A program made the translations under genes and the position numbers. Of a stretch of DNA of 64,000 nucleotides, positions 10,263 to 20,900 are shown piece after piece (the first letter of the stretch is position 1; each line of letters starts with the position of its first letter). Under the pieces are notes generated by a model. That model had not been told where the DNA came from. It searched no databases and saw nothing but the letters and a program-made list of their open reading frames with translations. The DNA lies in contig OY760505.1 in assembly GCA_963663545.1 (NCBI GenBank), forward strand, positions 928,001 through 992,000, read 5' to 3'. The stretch comes from Candidatus Delongbacteria bacterium (lineage in GTDB: Bacteria; CAIWAD01).

Positions 10263-10420
10263 GATCGAAATCGAAGATCGCGGCCGATGCTTTGCATCGG
10301 ATCGATTTCGGAGTCGGGCGACTCCTGCGGAGTCGGTATCGGAAAGCAGCGCCGCACAGAAGATAGATGCGTGCATTTATCCTTGAAATCCGACAGGCTG
10401 CGCCAGAATTTCAAGGATAA
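10263..10420. repeat. Cluster of nested palindromes and TCG-rich hexamer repeats
   Basis: CGAAATCGA/TCGATTTCG, CCGATGC/GCATCGG, GGAGTCG/CGACTCC, perfect 13-bp IR TTATCCTTGAAAT/ATTTCAAGGATAA (10377-10420). Confidence 0.75.
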
Positions 10421-10447
10421 CTCCACAAGCGCCCTAAGCAATGAGCG

Positions 10448-10473
10448 AAAAAGCCCCGCATTGCTGCGGGGCT
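10448..10473 (-). terminator. Intrinsic terminator of the beta-helix gene
   Basis: AGCCCCGCA-GCAA-TGCGGGGCT-TTTT on minus strand just past the stop. Confidence 0.85.
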
Positions 10474-10494
10474 GGAGTTGATTGGTTCTCGAAT

Positions 10495-12981
10495 CTACTT
10501 GATGACGGCCTGCTCGCGCAGCAGAGTATCGAGCTCGCCCATCCGGAAGTGAGGATGATCGTCGATGACGCGGGTGATCTCCTCGATGTCCCCCTTGTAT
10601 GCGGTGACCGTGTAATACTTCTGGTCATTGAAGTGGCCGATGCGATGGTGCACTACTTCGGGTTCGGTAACGAAGGCGTAGAAGCTCATGACTTCGTAGG
10701 GCAGCGTGCTGTAATACACTACGTAGCCCGTGGGCTCCAGCGGGTCACCGTTGATGGTGGTGGTCACCGGGTCCCAACTCACATGGGCGTTGTTGTTGAT
10801 CATCTCGATGCCGATGTTCTGCACCTGCGCAGGTGTTGGATCGGCGTAGCCGTACAGGTCCACTTCCAACAGGTGAGTGTCCCAGCCCAGGCTCAGGGTG
10901 TCCACGTAGGCGATCATCTGGGTCGGGGCAAAGTAGACGTCCACCGCCAGACTGCCGGAGGCGGACAGCACGGTTCCCGCACTCAGGTTGCAAGAGTAAG
11001 CGCCCGAACCCGCGAAGTCCACGCTGCTGAGGGTGATGGCTTCATCGGAATTGTTGTACAGCGTAAAGGGCAGCGTAGTCGTGGAGCCAAGAGTGGTGTA
11101 TCCGTAATCCAGGCCGTGGGTGGAAGCATAGATACCGGGCACTTCGTACTCAACGGCGCCCATGTCGGGAGCCAGGCCGTAGTAGTCGCCGGGTTGCAGA
11201 TCCACGATCACTTCGCCAAACCAGTTCACGTAGGTGGTTCCGGCGTTGATGCACGGCGACAGCTCGTTCAGCACGTAGCCTTCCTCGAAGAGCGGATCCT
11301 GATTCAGGTTACCGCCCATCCACAGCACCATGCCGTTGCTGTTGGTAACAATGGCGCCGCTGCCGCCCTCCACGTCGCAGTAGGTGATTTTAGCGCTGTT
11401 GGGGCTTTCGGAAGCGTGCATGTAGATCTGTTGCGGCAGGTTGGAATGGACAATGCTGTTCACCAGGCCCAAGTTGGAATTGTTGCGCAGGTAAACACCG
11501 CCACCCGCGCTGCTGGAGATGTTGCCGGACAGGGTGCAGTTGACCAGCACGGGGTTCACGGCACTACAGTAGAGCGCACCACCCGCCCCACTGGTGGCGG
11601 TGTTCTGGCCGAAAATCGTGTTCTCGGCGCGGAACTGCCCACCGGAGACGCTCGCGCAGCCTCCATCGTGGTGGCCTTGATTCAGGGTCATCGTGCAGCG
11701 CCGCAGCTGTGTCGTGCAATTGGTGAGATCCATGGCACCACCAGGAGCATTCGTTGATACGTTGGAGCGCAGAGTACAATCCTCAACTGTAATCGTAGAG
11801 ACGTTCTCAGCATAAATACCACCACCGTCAAGATAAGCACGGTTGCCTGATATCCGACTTCGCTGGAGGGTACAACTGCTTTGATGTACAGACAACCCAC
11901 CTCCAGAACCGTAGTAATGCCAGTCATCGTATTCGTAATATCCATAAATTGCAGTATTATTTATAATATCGCAATCACGGGCAGTAACTACACTACCTGC
12001 ATTTATACCAACTCCGCCCCCAGGATTCCCTGGCCTAGATTCTGACCTATTCTCGCTGACTGTACAAGAATCCATAGTTACGTTTGAACTCGAGATCGCA
12101 ATACCGGCACCTCTATATTCACCGTTGCCTGACCAATTGCCGGCCACCTGGGTTCCTACAAGGGTAGCGGTAGTGTTGAGGAGCAATAAGCCTCCACCTC
12201 CGTAGCCCGAGTAATTCTCCTGGAAGGAGCAGTCGGTGAGGACCGCGCTGCCACCCGTGGCGTACAGGCCGCCTCCTAGTCTGCAGCCGGAGGATAGATG
12301 CCCATTGTTCTTGCACACCAGCTCTACAAACTCCAGCTGGCTGCCACTGCAGTAAATACCTGCGCCGTACCTGTCATTACTAGTAAACTGGTTGTCCTGC
12401 ACCACAAGGCAGTACACTTCCAGATCGGGACTATCGACACAGTACACTCCCGCACCATGACTGCCAGCCTCGTTGTTGAGGATTGTGCTGTGCTCGATAC
12501 GCGGGCTCGAGTAGTAGATTTCCTCATCCTCAAGCAGATTGATGTACACGCCGCCACCCGAACCAGTGGACGTATTCTGAATGATCGCCAGATTCGACAG
12601 AGTAGGGCTGGATCCTAGAATGCACACGCCACCACCCATCGCGGAGCGACCAAAGGTGATGGTAAAACCATTCAGCACCGCCGCGCGGGTCTCCTGATTC
12701 TCGAAGGTGACCACGCTGCCCATCTGGCCGCCGTAAAGCACTGTGTTTTGAATGTCCAGCGTGTCCTGGCTGAACATGTAGTTGGAAGTGACGGTGACGT
12801 CCTTGCCGTTGTAGTTGATCAGCTCCAGGTACCAGCCGGGCTGGCAGACAATGATATCTCCATCGGCAGAAGCGTTGATCGCCTGCTGAATGGTGCCGTG
12901 ATCGGCGGGGACATTGATGGTCATCGCCAACAGGCTGTGGGCGAGAAGCAGCAATAAGAGAGGGGAGAAGATTCGGCGCAT
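10495..12981 (-). CDS. Secreted right-handed parallel beta-helix repeat protein with C-terminal Ig-like domains
   Basis: Signal peptide, INVPADHGTIQQAINA start, repeated N.A..GGG(I/V)Y units, SPCINAG...PDMGA.E, Ig-like (ASH/choice-of-anchor D-like) segment. Confidence 0.85.
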   Translation of the reverse strand: MRRIFSPLLLLLLAHSLLAMTINVPADHGTIQQAINASADGDIIVCQPGWYLELINYNGKDVTVTSNYMFSQDTLDIQNTVLYGGQMGSVVTFENQETRAAVLNGFTITFGRSAMGGGVCILGSSPTLSNLAIIQNTSTGSGGGVYINLLEDEEIYYSSPRIEHSTILNNEAGSHGAGVYCVDSPDLEVYCLVVQDNQFTSNDRYGAGIYCSGSQLEFVELVCKNNGHLSSGCRLGGGLYATGGSAVLTDCSFQENYSGYGGGGLLLLNTTATLVGTQVAGNWSGNGEYRGAGIAISSSNVTMDSCTVSENRSESRPGNPGGGVGINAGSVVTARDCDIINNTAIYGYYEYDDWHYYGSGGGLSVHQSSCTLQRSRISGNRAYLDGGGIYAENVSTITVEDCTLRSNVSTNAPGGAMDLTNCTTQLRRCTMTLNQGHHDGGCASVSGGQFRAENTIFGQNTATSGAGGALYCSAVNPVLVNCTLSGNISSSAGGGVYLRNNSNLGLVNSIVHSNLPQQIYMHASESPNSAKITYCDVEGGSGAIVTNSNGMVLWMGGNLNQDPLFEEGYVLNELSPCINAGTTYVNWFGEVIVDLQPGDYYGLAPDMGAVEYEVPGIYASTHGLDYGYTTLGSTTTLPFTLYNNSDEAITLSSVDFAGSGAYSCNLSAGTVLSASGSLAVDVYFAPTQMIAYVDTLSLGWDTHLLEVDLYGYADPTPAQVQNIGIEMINNNAHVSWDPVTTTINGDPLEPTGYVVYYSTLPYEVMSFYAFVTEPEVVHHRIGHFNDQKYYTVTAYKGDIEEITRVIDDHPHFRMGELDTLLREQAVIK

Positions 12982-13051
12982 GGGGCCTCCTTGCAGGTGT
13001 AGAATGTTCGTTGGAAACGTGCTTGCTCAGGTGAGCTGCGCCGATAATGCC

Positions 13052-13066
13052 GCAATCTTTGTACCG
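13052..13066 (-). promoter_or_regulatory. Candidate sigma54 -24/-12 promoter for the beta-helix gene
   Basis: CGGTACAAAGATTGC (GG-N10-GC) about 70 nt upstream of ATG 12981, with an AT-rich tract further upstream. Confidence 0.4.
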
Positions 13067-13416
13067 GTATCCACGCTACTCCTCAATTTTGATTATCACT
13101 CTAGTTTTATTCGCTTTGCCATTGTTTGCTATTACTATTTCACGACATGTTTGTCACTCTAAATGAAGGATTGTTCTCGGGTGTCCAATATTGAACAAAT
13201 GCATCGCCCGGCACTGCTCGGGAGGCCGCAATCAGAGTGGTGGTATCTCTACCCTGCCGGGACAACCCGTGGCTTGGGTATATCTTCAGGAATGATCCTC
13301 GAGAATTGGCAGGGGAGTAGAGCTGAGGCCACTGGCAAGAGGACGCTGGCTTCTTCACTGGTTATACCGGCAGACGCTCGCACTGGTACATCGACCGGCT
13401 CAACCTAAGCTCTTCT

Positions 13417-13505
13417 CCGATACCGATCCGATTTCGAAGAAGGCACGACTTCGAAGAAGGCGCGACTTCAAAGAAGTCGACACCGATGGCGATACCGATA
13501 CCGAT
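13417..13505. repeat. Short tandem repeat cluster (17-mer x2 plus partial copy, flanked by CCGAT(A) repeats)
   Basis: TTCGAAGAAGGCACGAC / TTCGAAGAAGGCGCGAC / TTCAAAGAAGTCGAC at 13433-13481; ccgataccgatccgat and gataccgataccgat on either side. Confidence 0.8.
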
Positions 13506-13517
13506 TAAGATGGGGGG

Positions 13518-14285
13518 CTAGATGTCAGGGTTGGATATGGGAAACACCCTCACTCTACCCGCCCAGGGACGCACCATGCCGATGTAGTACAGCTTCTCGT
13601 CGCCTTGGCGAATCTCCAGCCGGGCGGTAAGCACAGGGTCGAGGGGCGAGGACCAGAGCACGGTGGGCGTGATACAATTGGGCGCCAGATGCGCCTCGGT
13701 CAACTCGGGCAAGGCGCGCACTTCTTCCAACAGCATGCGCCAGGGATTAGTCCAAAGGCGGGCACCCAAGCCCAGCAGCATCACGACCAGAGCAAGCGCA
13801 ACCACACTGCGCAAACGGGGCATGGGTAGCGCAGCAGCCATTTCGGCCTGTGCCCGTTCTCGGTCTGTATCACACTCATCGATGGATTGTGCCGACAGGC
13901 GAATCAGTGCCCAGAGCGCCAAGGCGTGTAACACAAGGATCAGGCTTCCGAGAAAACTGGATTGTAGCACGAAGCTTAGCATGGCGTTGCGATCAAGCTC
14001 AACTCCGGCCACCAAACCCTGGCCAATGAGCACAACACGCCCCATCACCAGGCAGCCTCCCAGCATCAGCAGCCAGGGTGCCATCCGCCCCAGCAGCTTC
14101 AGCATCCACAAGCGCTTCATGTACACGCCGATGGCACTGAACACGCCAATCAGCAGCATCAGCAGAAAGAGTGGGTAGTGCAAACCGCATGCACTTGCCC
14201 CTGTGAAGGTGTCCATGCCGAAGGCGCAGAGCAGCAGACTGGTGATGTACAGGGGCTGATTCTGGTGGGGTAGGGGTTTGCTCAT
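13518..14285 (-). CDS. Hypothetical multi-pass membrane protein
   Basis: 255-aa ORF with about 5 hydrophobic segments; AGGTG RBS. Confidence 0.6.
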   Translation of the reverse strand: MSKPLPHQNQPLYITSLLLCAFGMDTFTGASACGLHYPLFLLMLLIGVFSAIGVYMKRLWMLKLLGRMAPWLLMLGGCLVMGRVVLIGQGLVAGVELDRNAMLSFVLQSSFLGSLILVLHALALWALIRLSAQSIDECDTDRERAQAEMAAALPMPRLRSVVALALVVMLLGLGARLWTNPWRMLLEEVRALPELTEAHLAPNCITPTVLWSSPLDPVLTARLEIRQGDEKLYYIGMVRPWAGRVRVFPISNPDI

Positions 14286-14359
14286 GGTGCACCTGAGTTG
14301 ATGGCTGAAGACTCAATGTACCAAGATCTTCAAGCTCGCGGCGCAGTGCAGCAATGAGC

Positions 14360-17300
14360 TCAGGTTTTATCCAGTGTATCACGAACTGCGCGCAGCAGCT
14401 CCTTGTGATGATAGGGTTTCTGCACCAAGCGCACTCCTTCGTGCAGAATGAAGTTGGTGTGAATAGCGCTGTCGCTGTAGCCGCTGGCGAAGAGTACGGG
14501 CAGATCCGCACGCATAGCGCGTGCACGCTCCATTACTTCCTGACCACTCAGATGTGGCATGACGACATCCAGCAGCAGCATGTCAATGTGCCGTGATTCA
14601 CTCTCGAACAATTCAACGGCTTCTTTGCCATCACGCGCGCTCAGCACCGTGTAGCCGCTGCGCAAAAGGATCTGCTCTGCCAGGCTGCGCACCAGGTCGT
14701 CGTCCTCCGCCAACAGGATCGTCTCGTGCCCGCCGGGTGCTTCGGTATCAATGCCGGAGTCAGCAGAGGTTACCCCGGCCACTACCACAGGAAGATAGAC
14801 ATCGAAAGTGCTGCCTTTGCCTTCTTCACTGCTTACCAAAACCAAGCCCTTGTGCTGTGATACAATGCCATACACGGTTGCCAAACCGAGACCTGTTCCG
14901 CGGCCCGTCTCTTTCGTGGTGAAAAAGGGTTCGAAGATATGCGAAAGCACTTCTTCCGGCATGCCTTCACCCGTATCACGAACGGAAAGCTGCACATAGT
15001 CGCCAGCTTGGCCAAGTCCATGCGCCTGGCAGAACTCGTCGTCGAGATGACGATCGGCCGTTTGTATCACAAGATCGCCACCTTCCGGCATAGCGTCGCG
15101 CGCGTTCAGCACCAGATTCATCAGCACCTGTTCAACCATGCCACGATCCGCCAGCACCTTGCTTAAATCATTGCCCTGTTGGAAAATCAGCTGGATGTGC
15201 TCACCGATGAGACGTCGCAACATGCTGAACAGATCCTCGACCACACTATTCATGTCCAGTGATACAGGCTGCATGATCTGACGACGGCTGAAGGCGAGTA
15301 ACTGCTCCACAAGCCGTGCGGCGCGCTCTCCGGCTCGTGTCACTTCGTGCAAGCTCTCAGCTGCATCGTGCTCGTCACTCAAGTCCTCCAATGCAAGTGC
15401 CGTGTATCCGTTTATCACCTGCAGCAGATTGTTGAAATCGTGTGCTACACCGCCCGCCAACTGCCCGATGGCTTCCATCTTCTGCGCCTGGCGGAGTTGC
15501 TCCTCAAGTCTGGCCTTCTCAGCTTCAGCATTTCGCAAGCTGCTTAGATCGATGAAGCTCTCCAGCAACACTTCGCGTCCGCCGACAAAGGCTCGTGAGA
15601 TGCTCTTCATTACTGAGACACGAGTACCGTCGGGGCGAACCAGCTCGCGCTCGAGGCTGCGACCAATTAGCTGTGGATTGGTCAAGCCACAGTCCTGCAC
15701 ACCCGAGTCACACAGAAAGCCGCGGCATGACTTACCGACAATCTCTTCGCGCTTCAGCCCCAGCAACTGAGAGGCGGCGGGGTTGATGTAGGTCACGGTG
15801 CGCGTATTGGGATCCACCGTGTACACGCCGGCTCCGATGGTATCCAACATCGCTCGCAGACGCTGTTCGCTCAGACGAATCTCATCTTCCTGCCGACGTC
15901 GTTCGGTAACATCAAGGAAGAAGACGGCGACGTGATTCGGTTGGGTTTGGAAGGCCGTAATCTCATAGACACTACTAATGCTGCGATCGTCCTCGTACAA
16001 GATGTTCTCGTCGCAATAGGTACCACCCTCACGAGCAATGCGAGCGCACTCTTCCAGAGTGGTACTGCCTGTCAAGGCAGGGAAAGCTTCCTCGGCTGTC
16101 TTTCCCACAAGCTCATCATGGTGGATGCCCAGAATGCGATCCGTGGCAGGGTTGGCTCCTTCGAAAACCAGCGTCCTATCCTCCGCAAGGCAAAAAAGGT
16201 GAACGCCCATGGGCACCGACTGTATCACGCTGCGAAAGCGCTCTTCGCTGCGGCGCAGGTTCTGCTCGGATTCACTGCGTTCTGTAATATCGCGGGCAAA
16301 ACCATAGATCAGTCGTGTATCACCCATTTCAAACGGCGCCAGACTGGTCTCGACGGGAAAGGTGCTACCGTCTTTGCGCCGGTGTCGCCCAAGTTCGGTC
16401 AACCGGCCCAATTCCAGCAGTTCGGCGAAAAAGCTCGCCATTTCATCACGAATCGGATATTGTACTTCCACATCGCGTGCGTGCAGGCCGAGCAGCTCAT
16501 CACGTGTGTAGCCCAGAGAGCGGCAGAACTGCTCGTTGACCTCAACAAAACAGCCGCTCTTATCAAGAGCAAAAAACGCATCCGGCGCATTTTCTATCAG
16601 CAAGCGTGTGTACTCTTCGCTGTTGCGCAACGCTTGCTCAGCTTCATGGCGCTGGCGTATGCTCGCATTGGCCAGTTCGGCTGTATCACGCAGATCTTGC
16701 AATCGCAGATCCTGTGTGCGAATGGGCGCACTGTGTTCCGTCGCCTGCCTGAAGAAGCGGTTGAAGACGGCAATATCACTAGCAATACGCGCTCCAAAAC
16801 GCCGGACCACGACACCCGCCAGGCTGCCTGTAATGATCAGCGTCGCCAGAATGACCAGCAGTGCGTCCATCATCGAGCGACGGCGCATTTCCTGCTCTTT
16901 GGCAACCAGACTATTGATCTCATGAAGATGTGTGGCTGCACCGATGTACCAGCTCCACTCCTTCAACCCCTTGACGTACGTCAGATTCAAGGCCGGGCGC
17001 AGGCCGTTCATGGGCGGCAGAATGTAGATCATGGTATCACCGTCACCCATCGAACGCTGAATCAACTCCTCCACAACCGGGCGACCAAAGAGGTCACGGA
17101 TGTGCATGATATTCTGTCCCTTTGCCGGTCCCAACAGACTCACACCATTCCAATCACCGGCAAAGAGGTAGCCCTGACCGCCGAAACGCGTACTCTCCAT
17201 CCAGTCCAGCGTGCGCTCCTGGACTTCGGCTTTCATGTCTTCCAGGTATTCGCCACAACCAATCACCCAGCCGATTGCAGGGCAGACCTTGATGTAGCTT

Positions 17301-17890
17301 AGCTTGACGTGCGCGGCATCGTCCGCACCCGGCCGATACCAGCTGTACTCGTGATACGTGGCACTTCCGTCTCGCGTGAGACGTATCAGATCATGTATCA
17401 CGGCAGTGTTCAGGCTATCCAAATTGACAGTACTTGCGCCCTCGAGCCAGCGCTGCGTCGGTTGCAACTCAACGACACCCTCTTGTGACACAGCAAAGAT
17501 GTAGTTGTTATCGTGCTGAAGACTCATGGCGCGCAAGAGTTCACGCACCTGGTCTGTCAATCGCTCTTCAGGAACCTGTCCACGGTTTTGTGACACATAG
17601 CTTGTCACGCTTTCGCAAGCAGTTTCTACGCGCTGACGAATGACCTCTCGTACCTGCTTTTCAACCAGGGTCTGCTGTGTGCGAGCAAATACAAGCGCCT
17701 GGTCCACCTGATTCTCGAGCTGCAAACAGGAACGCGAGATGGCGTCCTCGCGAATATGGTCAATCAGCGTTTTGTGCCCGAAATAGATCTGCAACAGCCA
17801 GGCGGCCCCGGTCACCAGCACCACGCCAAAGGCAACCATCAGCACTCTGCGGCCTAGGTAATTGGTGATTCCCGGAGGCGCGTGTTCCAT
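14360..17890 (-). CDS. Hybrid sensor histidine kinase (two Cache_2-type domains, 3 PAS, HisKA, HATPase, REC)
   Basis: QAQKMEAIGQLAGGVAHDFNN, QVLMNLVLNARDAM, DTGEGM, FEPFFTTK..G.GTGLGL, C-terminal LLDVVMP. Confidence 0.93.
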   Translation of the reverse strand: MEHAPPGITNYLGRRVLMVAFGVVLVTGAAWLLQIYFGHKTLIDHIREDAISRSCLQLENQVDQALVFARTQQTLVEKQVREVIRQRVETACESVTSYVSQNRGQVPEERLTDQVRELLRAMSLQHDNNYIFAVSQEGVVELQPTQRWLEGASTVNLDSLNTAVIHDLIRLTRDGSATYHEYSWYRPGADDAAHVKLSYIKVCPAIGWVIGCGEYLEDMKAEVQERTLDWMESTRFGGQGYLFAGDWNGVSLLGPAKGQNIMHIRDLFGRPVVEELIQRSMGDGDTMIYILPPMNGLRPALNLTYVKGLKEWSWYIGAATHLHEINSLVAKEQEMRRRSMMDALLVILATLIITGSLAGVVVRRFGARIASDIAVFNRFFRQATEHSAPIRTQDLRLQDLRDTAELANASIRQRHEAEQALRNSEEYTRLLIENAPDAFFALDKSGCFVEVNEQFCRSLGYTRDELLGLHARDVEVQYPIRDEMASFFAELLELGRLTELGRHRRKDGSTFPVETSLAPFEMGDTRLIYGFARDITERSESEQNLRRSEERFRSVIQSVPMGVHLFCLAEDRTLVFEGANPATDRILGIHHDELVGKTAEEAFPALTGSTTLEECARIAREGGTYCDENILYEDDRSISSVYEITAFQTQPNHVAVFFLDVTERRRQEDEIRLSEQRLRAMLDTIGAGVYTVDPNTRTVTYINPAASQLLGLKREEIVGKSCRGFLCDSGVQDCGLTNPQLIGRSLERELVRPDGTRVSVMKSISRAFVGGREVLLESFIDLSSLRNAEAEKARLEEQLRQAQKMEAIGQLAGGVAHDFNNLLQVINGYTALALEDLSDEHDAAESLHEVTRAGERAARLVEQLLAFSRRQIMQPVSLDMNSVVEDLFSMLRRLIGEHIQLIFQQGNDLSKVLADRGMVEQVLMNLVLNARDAMPEGGDLVIQTADRHLDDEFCQAHGLGQAGDYVQLSVRDTGEGMPEEVLSHIFEPFFTTKETGRGTGLGLATVYGIVSQHKGLVLVSSEEGKGSTFDVYLPVVVAGVTSADSGIDTEAPGGHETILLAEDDDLVRSLAEQILLRSGYTVLSARDGKEAVELFESESRHIDMLLLDVVMPHLSGQEVMERARAMRADLPVLFASGYSDSAIHTNFILHEGVRLVQKPYHHKELLRAVRDTLDKT

Positions 17891-17908
17891 AATCTCTCGT
17901 CCGACTCC

Positions 17909-20900
17909 CTAACTCATATGGATCGCCTGGTGGACCTCTCTACTCAATGAAGAACGCCGGTAGGGTTTCTGCACAAAACCCCGCGCACCCATGGCGAGCA
18001 AATCATCAATCCTTTGCTCGTAGCTGAACCCCGAGGTGAAGAGCACGGCAACACCTGGATCCAGTTCCCGCAATTTGAGAAACGTATCACGGCCACTAAG
18101 AATCGGCATCACCATGTCCAACAGGACAAGACGAATATCCGGCTGATGCCGGCGATAGACTTCCACTGCTTCATCGCCATCAGCGGCCATCAGCACATCG
18201 TACCCAAGAGAAAGCAGGAGCGAACGTGCTGTGCGACGAACGACCATTTCATCGTCGACAACCAGAATTGTCCCTGTTCCTTGTATCACATCGCTTTCAT
18301 CCGCAGCACTGAGTTGCTGTCCCAATCCTACCGGAAGAAAGACCTTGAACACGGAGCCAATGCCGGGTTCGCTGCTGACGAAGATGGCGCCATTGTGTTC
18401 CTTGATGGTCCCATAAACGGCGGCAAGCCCCAAGCCAGTGCCTTTGCCCACAGGCTTGGTTGTGAAGAAGGGCTCAAACACACGCTCGAGCACATCGTGA
18501 GACATACCCCAACCGGTGTCACTAACATCAATCTCCACATAGACGCCGGGCTTCAAATTGAAAGGATGATCCCTGCAGTACTGCGCGTCCAACTCCACAT
18601 TGGAAGTACTGAAGGTCAACGTTCCACCATTGGGCATTGCATCACGTGCATTCACCGCCAGGTTCATGAAGACATTCTGCAACAAGGTTGGATCACCAAT
18701 CACGATACGCTCATTGGCATTGAAGCGTTTTTGAATTGTGATACGGGGATCTATGCTGCGCTCGAGCAGCGCAACAGATTCATTGATGGTCTGATGAACA
18801 TCTGCTGGTGTACTCAGCATCTTGCCCTTGCGGGAAAAGGCCAGCAGTTTGCGCGTCAGCTCAGAAGCACGTTGAGCACCGCGCAGAATAGTCCCCACAT
18901 ATTGCTGAAGCTCGCTTTGCTCTTGCAGCTCCATGGCAAGCAGCTCTGCGTTTCCCAGCACGGCACCCAGCATATTGTTGAAATCGTGGGCGATTCCACC
19001 CGCCAGTTGGCCGACCACATCCATCTTTTGCGCCTGACGAAGCTGGTCCTCGAGGGTGCGAGTTTGTGTCACATCCATTACCGCAGTAAGCACTGCAGGC
19101 TCACCCTCGAACTCGATCGCCGTGGACGAGAAAACAACTTGTCTCTCGTGGCCGTTTTGTCTGCGAATGCGCCCCTGTGCTTCCTCCACCAGACCTACGG
19201 ATTCAAGACGATGCCGGAACTCGCTGTATTGCTTCTGATCAAACTGCAGACCGATTTCCGGCAGTGAAAGACCGTGCTGCTCAATACTCGGAAGGGCGAT
19301 AATTTGCTCGAAAGTGCGATTGACGCGTAACACGGTCCAGTCGTGCATGCTGGTGATTACCATGCCCAACGGACTGGTCTCGAAAATGGCCCGGAACTGC
19401 TCCTCGCGCGCGCGCAGCGTCTGCTGCATGGCGTACTCTTCGGTGACATCGCGAAAGACCATCACCACGCCCACGATACGCCCCTCGGAGTTGCGAATGG
19501 GAGCGGCGCTGTCTGCGATCTGGCGACGATGACCATCCTTGGACAGCAGCAGGGTGTGATTGGACATGCCGATGATCTCGCCCGTCGCCAACACCTTGCT
19601 GACGGGACTCGTCACGGGTTGTTCACTGATGGCGTGAACCAGATTGAACACTTCACTAAGCAGTTTCCCTCTGGCTTCCTTGAATGTCCAACCAGTCAGT
19701 TCTTCCGCAATGGGATTCATCTGCTTCACGCGACCGCGAACGTCCGTGGCAATGACAGCGTCTCCAATGGAGCGCAATGTGATACGCAGGTTCTCTTCGC
19801 TCTCTTGCAGTGCCTGTTGAGCCTCCTGCCGTTCGTTGACATCGCGCAGAATGCCATTGACGCTGACGGGTTGCTGGGCCTCGTTATGTGACACAGCGCC
19901 TCGTGCCTCTACCCAACCGCCCGCAGATCCGCCCGACCGGACAAGCCGGAACAAGAACTCAAACTGTCCGCCATGTGATACGGCCTCACGGAAGACCTTT
20001 TCGATGCGATTGCGGTCAGTGCGGCAGACAAGCGCCAGGAAGCTTTCGCCCAGCAGCGTTTCGGCCTCAATGCCCAGGCGATTCAAACGCGGGTTGATGT
20101 AGGTGAAGCGGCTCTCGTGATCCAGCGAGAAGGGCACATCGACACTGTTTTCCACAAGCACGCGATACTGGCGTTCACTGTTGAATAGCCGCTCGGCGTA
20201 GCTCAATTCCCGCTGCCGATGACGCTGCGCCTGTGCAGACAGTGCCAGCGATATGCCAAAGGCGATCATCGTCAGCATCAGGCCGATACCGATGATGCGC
20301 CCGCGCCAACTGGCGGCCTCTTGCTGAATGTCATCCACGTAGACGCCTGTGCCGACGATCCAGCCCCAGGGTTCGAACGCACTCACATAGGAAACCTTGT
20401 TGACCAGCAGATCCAGATTGTCTTTCCAATGCCAGCGATAGTCAAGAAAACCATCTGCAGAGTCTGCAATCGCCTGCTGCATCCTTCCCAGCAGTAGGGA
20501 AAGCGGTTCGCCGTCCGGTCCAAGAGTCGTGGCGGGATCGGCCCCTTCCAGGTCAGGGCGGTAAGGATGCATCAGAAAACGACCGTCCGGACCGACAATC
20601 CAGACGTAGTCCTTGTGTTCCTGCCCGTAGCGCTGTCTGCGCAAGCGCTTGATGGCCCGTTGCTGCATTTCCGCTGCGTTGACCAAACCCTCTGCCACAT
20701 CCTCCTGTCGTGAATCCAGGTCACTGACGACCGCCTCCACCAAGCGGCGGCACAGCTCCTTTTTCTGCGAGAGGAAATTCGCTTCGATGGTGGGCGCCAT
20801 CAAGCCGTAGACAACGGCAATGAACAGTACCACCAGCACCATGGAAGGCAGCGCTGTCTGAAGCAGCGTGCGCCCGAAGGCATTCGCCCCCTTCAGCAAG

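Noticed and set aside
11900..11960. Tyr-rich loop as a diversity-generating retroelement variable region
   Set aside because: No template repeat, reverse transcriptase or avd gene in the window, and the loop is internal rather than C-terminal.
13163..13408. 81-aa ORF or gene remnant upstream of the beta-helix gene
   Set aside because: No RBS or recognisable family; an alternative protein-like frame has two stops and cannot be assigned without a search.
13433..13481. Possible mini-CRISPR array
   Set aside because: 17-bp units are directly adjacent with no spacers, and no cas genes are present.
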